From Trichodelitschia bisporula (lineage: Eukaryota): a stretch of 64,000 nucleotides of DNA. Below are positions 57,849 to 64,000 of the stretch, piece after piece; within the stretch, counting starts at the first letter, position 1, and each line of letters begins with the position of its first letter. The translations under genes and the position numbers were made by a program. The DNA lies in the NCBI GenBank assembly GCA_010356995.1, contig ML996687.1:497803-561802 (forward strand), in the 5' to 3' direction. The notes under the pieces were generated by a model that saw only the letters and a list, made by a program, of their open reading frames with translations, searched no databases and was not told the DNA's origin.

Positions 57849-60800
57849 ATGTCCTCCAACACCACCAACCCACGGGACGTTCTCCCAGCACCCAAACCCG
57901 AGCTCACCCTCGCAATCGCCAAATCCCAATCCGAAGCCCAAGCCAGCAAAGACCGCCGAGCAAGCAAAATCTTCGCCCGGACCGAGAAACCCCTCCTATC
58001 CCGCCTCGGAGACCGTCTAGACCGAAAATACAATCAATTCGCCCTCTCCCCCCTCTCCCCAAAAGCCTTCGGACCCTCACTCCACCAATCTACAACCCGC
58101 GGTCCCTCAGCGCCCATGCAACGCTTCCTCGACCCAGGCCGCACGCCCGCCGCCTCCGCCGCACCTAACCAGCCTCAACTCGTCGTCCGTGCCGTCGCAG
58201 ACGCTCAGTCCCTCGACAACCAACCGCCCAGCCCGACGGTGAGCAAGAACCTCTGGGCCTACCTCAGCGCAATGGGGAAAGAGCAGCGCAGCGTCCCGGG
58301 GCCGGGTCTACCCGCGCACCCCAAAGCTCCGGGCCCGCGGCCCACCAAACGCTCCCCGCTCGCGTACCGCACGGCCTCAGCCTCCGGGCAGACCAGTCCC
58401 GCGGCCAGCACGCACAGCCTCGCGTCCGCGGCATCTGGGCGGACAGAGCGCTCGACCCGGAGCCGCAGGGAAAAGGCCCCCGTCCAGCCGGCCGAGGCGC
58501 CGCGTATCCAGCCCACGTATGAGAAGATCGAAGCGCCGCTGTCGAAGCCGACAGGCATGTATCCGCCCCCGGCACCTGCTCGGATGGAAACTAGCCAAGC
58601 TTCGGCGGCCCCCAGCGCTTCGGTGGCCCCCAGCGCTTCGGCCCGATCGTCAGGATCTTCGGGTGCGACCCGCAGCTCAGGGTCCTCAGGAACGAGCCGC
58701 GCCGTCGTGGTAGGCTTGCCAGGCTCGAACCCCGCACCGGTCCGCTCCCCTGGCGCATCATCCGTCCGATCCTCAGGGTCAGGCGCCATGCGGTCGCCGG
58801 GCGCGTCAAGCGTGCGCTCGAGCAGCAGCCGCGCGAAGGAGACGACGCGCACGACAATCCCACCTCCGGCGCCGACGCACGACTCCTTCACGGCCGATCT
58901 CCCGAACATGAGTATCAGCATGAAGCCCTCGGTGTTCGATCCGCCACCCGCGCCGACCCGCGACGCTTTCGCCGCCAAACCGGTTCCCCCGCAAAGCCCA
59001 CCGCTGGCTATGCGCTCGCCGTTCGATCCGCCGCCTGCGCCTACGCGCGATGCTTTCCCGGCTAAAGGAGCGGCGGCGCCGCAGAGCCCGCCGCTAGCTA
59101 TGCGCTCGCCGTTTGATCCGCCGCCTGCGCCGACACGGGATGCTTTCCCCGTCAAAGCTAGTGCCCCGCAAAGCCCACCGCCGGCGATGCGCTCGCCGTT
59201 CGATCCCCCGCCAGCACCCCTGCGGTCCGAATTCCCAGTCGATCTCCCGAACAGCCCGCCACTCACCAAACCCTCACATTTCGACCCACCCCCCGCACCG
59301 ATGCTGTCCCAGTTCCCTGTCGACCTCCCAGCAAGCCCAACCGTCGCGCGGCCCTACCCCATCGACATCGTGGCATCAAACGGCCCGCAGCAGCAGCGCT
59401 CTCCCGCCATCGCCGACTCGCCCTACCCGGGTCTCGGCAACTTGACCCCGTATCCAATGTCCCCGTTCCCGGAACCGCCCGCCGCCCCGACGATAGGGCA
59501 CTTCGTCGAGGTGCGCCCATCCGCGACGCTCACGCTCGCAAACATGCCCGCCAGCCCACCGGCCGATATCCCCGACCCGCCCTCCGCGCCGATGAAGAGC
59601 CGCTTCCCCGAAAGCAGGCCCGTCATGAGCGTGACGGTGTCGAACCCAGGTTCGCCCGCACTGGTCCCGAACAGTCCGCCCCCAGCGCCAGTAAAATCGC
59701 GTTTCGCGGAAAGCAAGCCGACGGTGGCACCTCTCTCTCCACCGCCGCCACCCGCAGCCGCCCCAACCGGTTTATCGCGTTTTGCTCCCCCGCCCGCACC
59801 CGTAAAGGGGCGCTTCGCCGAAAGCAAACCCGCCGTCGCACCCCTCTCCCCACCAGTCCGGGCAGCCACCTCGCCCGTCCCCGCACCACTCCCCGCACCT
59901 ACACGGCCGAGCTTCGCAGCGCCCACGCGTCTCAGCTTCGAGTCACGCGGGCGCCGCCTGCTCGGCCCGCTGGACACGAGCGTCGGTGGTCTGAACTCGC
60001 GGATGAGCCCGCGCAGTATGGACGACGCATACGAAGACGAGGATCCAACGCCTACGGCCGCAAAGCCACGCGGGCGGGGTTACGGGCTGCACAGCGCACC
60101 AGCAAGCGCAGCGCCAGTAACCGCAATCAACGCGCCCATCATCGAGCGGGAGGAGCGGTCGCCCCTAGCCGAGGCCGCGACGCAGTCCCACGCTAACCAG
60201 TCCCAAGCGACCACGCCCAAGGGCGTCGTATTCACGGGACGTGACGAGGTGCACAGCCCGCTCAGCGGGCCGAGCAGCGGCCCATCCAGCCTAGGCAGCC
60301 CGAGCAGCGAGCGGAGCGACACGCCGTTTCCGTTTTCGCCAATTACGCCCGTGGCAATGGCGTGGCCTGCCTATGGCGACGCCGTGAGCTCGAGCGAGGC
60401 GGCGCGGCGGCGGGCAGAAGCGGCGGCGGCGGAGGAGGAGGGGGATGAGGATGATTTCATTGTGCCGATGGATACGAATATGATGCTTAGCATCAAGGGG
60501 GCGGCGGCGGTTAACAGTGCCAAGGCCGATCCGTTGCCGCTACACATGTTTAGGGGCGAGGAGTTCCGTGGGCGGGACGCGAGTGTGGCGAGCCAGCATA
60601 GGCGGAATCGGAGTGCGAGTCCGATGCGCCCGTCGAGTCGGGGGTTGATGAAGAGGCATGGGACGGATGCGGAGATGCTGACTGCGGCGGTGTATGATCC
60701 GAATGCGCCGAAGACGCGGGGGTTCCGTGCCATCTCGTCGAAGAAGTATAGCGACAAGGGCTTGATTCTCAAGACGTACTTTGATCGCTGCTCGACGTAG
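57849..60800 (+). CDS. Ser/Pro-rich 'FxLSP' family member 5 (long form)
   Basis: 983-aa ORF with RKYNQFALSPLSPKAF, PTVSKNLWAYL, LDTSVGGLNSRMSPRSMDDAYEDED, PFSPITPVAMAWP, LTAAVYDP and LILKTYFDR; collinear with 51771-54140. Confidence 0.82.
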   Translation: MSSNTTNPRDVLPAPKPELTLAIAKSQSEAQASKDRRASKIFARTEKPLLSRLGDRLDRKYNQFALSPLSPKAFGPSLHQSTTRGPSAPMQRFLDPGRTPAASAAPNQPQLVVRAVADAQSLDNQPPSPTVSKNLWAYLSAMGKEQRSVPGPGLPAHPKAPGPRPTKRSPLAYRTASASGQTSPAASTHSLASAASGRTERSTRSRREKAPVQPAEAPRIQPTYEKIEAPLSKPTGMYPPPAPARMETSQASAAPSASVAPSASARSSGSSGATRSSGSSGTSRAVVVGLPGSNPAPVRSPGASSVRSSGSGAMRSPGASSVRSSSSRAKETTRTTIPPPAPTHDSFTADLPNMSISMKPSVFDPPPAPTRDAFAAKPVPPQSPPLAMRSPFDPPPAPTRDAFPAKGAAAPQSPPLAMRSPFDPPPAPTRDAFPVKASAPQSPPPAMRSPFDPPPAPLRSEFPVDLPNSPPLTKPSHFDPPPAPMLSQFPVDLPASPTVARPYPIDIVASNGPQQQRSPAIADSPYPGLGNLTPYPMSPFPEPPAAPTIGHFVEVRPSATLTLANMPASPPADIPDPPSAPMKSRFPESRPVMSVTVSNPGSPALVPNSPPPAPVKSRFAESKPTVAPLSPPPPPAAAPTGLSRFAPPPAPVKGRFAESKPAVAPLSPPVRAATSPVPAPLPAPTRPSFAAPTRLSFESRGRRLLGPLDTSVGGLNSRMSPRSMDDAYEDEDPTPTAAKPRGRGYGLHSAPASAAPVTAINAPIIEREERSPLAEAATQSHANQSQATTPKGVVFTGRDEVHSPLSGPSSGPSSLGSPSSERSDTPFPFSPITPVAMAWPAYGDAVSSSEAARRRAEAAAAEEEGDEDDFIVPMDTNMMLSIKGAAAVNSAKADPLPLHMFRGEEFRGRDASVASQHRRNRSASPMRPSSRGLMKRHGTDAEMLTAAVYDPNAPKTRGFRAISSKKYSDKGLILKTYFDRCST
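58860..59860 (+). repeat. Coding repeats: ~87-90-nt units (PQSPPLAMRSPFDPPPAPTRDAF) followed by three APxKxRFxES(K/R)P units
   Basis: Seen directly in the translation of ORF 57849-60800. Confidence 0.88.
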
Positions 60801-61370
60801 GTTGCATGGCATTGTCCAGCGCGGGTGGAGAGACTGTTTGCACTTCAGCTCGGATTTGGCGTTTTGGTTTGGATTCAATACATACTGATTACGCTCCGGT
60901 TGCGCATGGAAGGCGGACCTCGCATCTCAATCTCGAACATCTGGATGACAGATGGAATGTAGAAGAGCCTGCTCATCGCGAGCCTTTTTTGTTGAACCTT
61001 CGGGCAAGCATAGCGCAGGAGCTGCCGCTGCCTGTACATTTTCCCGCTGGTCAGTAGTCTCGGACTCCAGCGTGGCGCAATTGAAATAGCATTGTACAAT
61101 GATCGATGATGGTCCCACCGTAGCTCTTCTGCCGTGTTGATGTCTTGCTCGTTGATTAGCCAAGGGCTGGAGCTCAATGACTGAATTGGATAAACGTTCT
61201 CGTCCTGCTCTGCGGGCACAACGTCAAGCCAGGTGCCCGATGGGAGGGTAAGTACGCAAATAGCCAGCCAAAAGACAAAATCACCAATGTGCCATTGCTC
61301 ATAACTCTAAAACGTGTGACGGAGCGTGACCAACCCCCCAACAGCTATCCCAAAAACGAAGGCCATAGTG

Positions 61371-63112
61371 CTATGTCTCCGACTCCATTACGTTTTCCGG
61401 TATGTTGCGCAACTGGTAAAGCATCATAAACGCCATCGTCCCCGGATATATCGAGACCGAATCGATGACCTTGACGCCGAGCTCCTTCTTTCTCCCAATG
61501 AGCATCATCCCAAGATCCTCGGAGAAGTCACTCCCAAGTAGAGTAAAGAATTCAGTGTCCTCGACGGTGTATCGTACCCATCCGCCCGCCCAGATGTGGG
61601 AGGCGTCGAGATTCTGAGCGCTCATTTGCGCCCATCGACAGACGGCCTTCGAGGTCTCATCCCGGTAGCCGACCTTGTACAGCACGTATTCTAGCCCCTT
61701 AGGATCCGCGTTGTATGCCGCGGTCACTTCCATCCAATGGAAAAATGCAAAATCTCTCCAGTCGCTGAGCGCTGGCATGTCCGAGTCAGGGTCCAGGAAT
61801 TCAATCGGGACGTAATTGGCCACTATAATCATGCCCACGTGAGGGCAGTGGTGGTTGATAAAGTACGCCTCCGTTGGCTATCGCCGTGAGCTTCGCATCT
61901 TAATATGGACAGCATACTTACCTCCTCGAGTTTGCCCCACTCCCCGCCGATTTGCTCCCACGGAATGTAGTGAATGGCTACTCGCGCTTCCTCGGTCGTA
62001 TCCAAGCCCTCTAAACGCAGTGCTTTCAGGATGGGGGCAACAGTCGGCGACTTGAGAAGAGGCGCATGAGAAATTGGCTCCTCGGTCTCGATGAGAAGAG
62101 CATACAAGGGGTTGTCCGTCCACCCATAGGCGTGCAAAAGCGCGCTGTCGAGTTTGGGGAATGGTACTGCTATATCCTCTTTTACATAGTCCGAGGCTTC
62201 CTGTGTGGTTCGTCGGTTCATCGCTTCATATGCCTTCCTTCCTCTGGATGCCAATTCTTCCAAGCCTTCGCTATTGGCGACAAGGGTACGACGGCGGGCG
62301 GTAAACTGACGTGGTGGAATATCTTCATGCGATCCGTCCAACGGCGGAGCCTTCGAACGATGGCCTCTCTCAGGGGACCCAGGGATCTCATATATCACAG
62401 GGATGTCGTTGAAGGAAACCTTGCGTCGGCGGGGCTCCAAATCATCGGGGTTCAGAGCCAGCGGGTCTTCAGTGTAACTTGGGTCCGAACTTGGTTTGAC
62501 GGCGGGCTTGGGGACGAGTAGGTGAGAGAGTACAGTGGCCGCGATTTCATCTACATATGTTACTCCATCGTCATCGGCTCGCGTCGCAGGCCGAGTCGAC
62601 CGAGATGCAGATCTGGCCAAAGGGGCACCGAAATCAATCATTTCCGGTGGAGAGGCCGCGATGTCCTCTACATATGTGACTCCGTCATCATCGTGTTGCT
62701 TCGCAGGCCGGGCAGGCCGGGATGCAGTTCTCGCCAAAGGAAAGCCGAAGCCAGCCGTGTCCTGTACAGAGGCCGCGGTGTCCTCTACATATGTGACTCC
62801 GTCATCGCCGTCTTGCTTCGCAGGCCGGGCAGACTGGGGTGCAGATCTCGCCATAGGATGGCCGAAGTCAATCACTTTCGAAAGCGGAGACTTTGATAGC
62901 TCTCGCTCGGCGTCTTCATCAAGATTGAGAGACGTCGGGTCTTCAGTGGAACCTGGATTCGAGCTTGGTTCGACGGCGGGCCCAGTTTCGACCGGGTGAG
63001 AGAGTGGAGGGGCCGCGATGTCCTCCATGGCGAATATTGTTCCATATTCATCGTCTTGCTCCGCTGGCCGAGATGTATGGGATATCAAAAAAGGGTGGAC
63101 GGGGTCAATCAT
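61371..63112 (-). CDS. Hypothetical fungal protein with N-terminal repeats (paralogue of 16590-17993), 2 exons
   Basis: 44-nt intron 61878-61921 (GTAAGT..TAG) joins ORFs 61829-63112 and 61371-61838. C-terminal domain GMIIVANYVP..LSDWRDFAFFHW..LEYV..TLLGSDF..GMMLIGRKKELGVKVI. Confidence 0.72.
62545..63070 (-). repeat. Three ~120-nt coding repeats plus one diverged copy (FG.P.AR.A.RPA.QDDDDGVTYVEDIAA)
   Basis: TCTACATATGT(G/T)ACTCC(G/A)TC occurs three times on +. A second duplicated segment, PAVEPSSNPGSTEDP / PAVKPSSDPSYTEDP, is also present. Confidence 0.88.
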
Positions 63113-63462
63113 GCTGGGAAGCGGATGTACTGGCTAAGATAGATGGTCAAAGAAATACGGTGTACGAAGTTGGGTAAAAGCGGATGTCTGGGTAGATGTG
63201 GAGTTGAGAGGATTGCAAGCTCGCGAGGACATGTAGATCTGGCAGTGCCATCTCTGCGATGGCAGGTGTGCCAGGCAACGGGCGGTCTTTCCATGAAGGG
63301 CGGCTGTGGAGGGACGGATTGCGCCTGGAGAGAAGTTGAGGTACTTGGAGCGGAAATGGCGATGGAATCAGAATGTGGTCGCTAAACGGCAGGCTCCCCC
63401 ACGCCCGACAGGCTGCTCTACGGACCGGCCTACCGCTGATGTCGTCCATCCCATCCAAAATT

Positions 63463-63549
63463 GGTCGGTTAGCTCAGTTGGTTAGAGCGTGGTGCTAATA
63501 TGTATGTCATGTAACGCCAAGGTCGCGGGTTCGACCCCCGTACTGACCA
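63463..63549 (+). tRNA. tRNA-Ile (anticodon AAT) with a 13-nt intron
   Basis: Acceptor stem GGTCGGT/ACTGACC, D-arm GCTCAGTTGGTTAGAGC, anticodon stem TGGTG/CGCCA with loop CT-AAT-A, intron 63501-63513 after position 37, T-arm GCGGG-TTCGACC-CCCGT, and a T-run Pol III terminator at ~63559. Confidence 0.95.
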
Positions 63550-64000
63550 TCACCAGTCTTTTTGCTGCTGCTGCCATTTGAGGTACGCCGCTTTTTGCCC
63601 GCTGTCGACATCTGGCGTGGACAGAGTGTTGGCGATAGTCCCTTCCCCCATGCGGTACATGGCGGGCGGAACGCGGATGACGGCCATGGTCGTTCCGATC
63701 GACGGAGACTAGCTTCATCGTTCCGTTTGCATGAAGATTTGCAGCACATACTGTGTGACAGATTAGCATATACACAGTCCCCTTTGTTCGTGGAGCATCT
63801 TCGTGATGCAGTGAGTATCTTGCCGAGCACCAAATGGTAGTTGTAACGCGGTGACCCAACGATCGATATCATCAGGATCAAGACAATGTTTTAGCACAAG
63901 CTGTTCAAAGCATCACGGTATAATGAGCTCGGCTCAGTGGCGACAGAGTCGAGCAAGGCAGTACAGTAGTATGCACCGGTAAAGTGTGGAGAAGGAACAG

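Overview
Eukaryotic DNA from a GC-rich filamentous ascomycete (Pezizomycotina, inferred from gene content and short GT-AG introns with CTRAC-type branch points). It has no CRISPR array, rRNA gene or recognisable intact transposon. Recognisable genes: a divergent pair of a Zn-dependent polyol (sorbitol-type) dehydrogenase and a KduD-like SDR, RPS10 head-to-head with SDE2, PRM1, an SPX-domain PHO87/90/91-type phosphate transporter, a LisH/WD40 (Sif2/TBL1-like) gene, a TMEM115/DUF1751-type membrane protein, an EDEM/HTM1-type GH47 mannosidase and an intron-containing tRNA-Ile(AAT). The rest is orphan, often repeat-containing ORFs. Main candidates for something new: (1) a 14-kb cluster (46.8-60.8 kb) of five intronless Ser/Pro-rich paralogues sharing short motifs such as Y-x-x-F-x-(L/I)-S-P, LDTSVG and P(M/I)TPxAxAWP, with independently expanded internal repeats; (2) two regularly phased arrays of a YTACCCG/CGGGTAA (Reb1-like) motif, each between convergent genes; (3) a cluster of CTTTGTT HMG-box-type sites upstream of PRM1; (4) a recurrent C-rich to G-rich switch on the sense strand inside many genes; (5) two dispersed paralogues of an unknown domain with a conserved intron position. 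All calls come from reading the sequence by eye; no searches were run.
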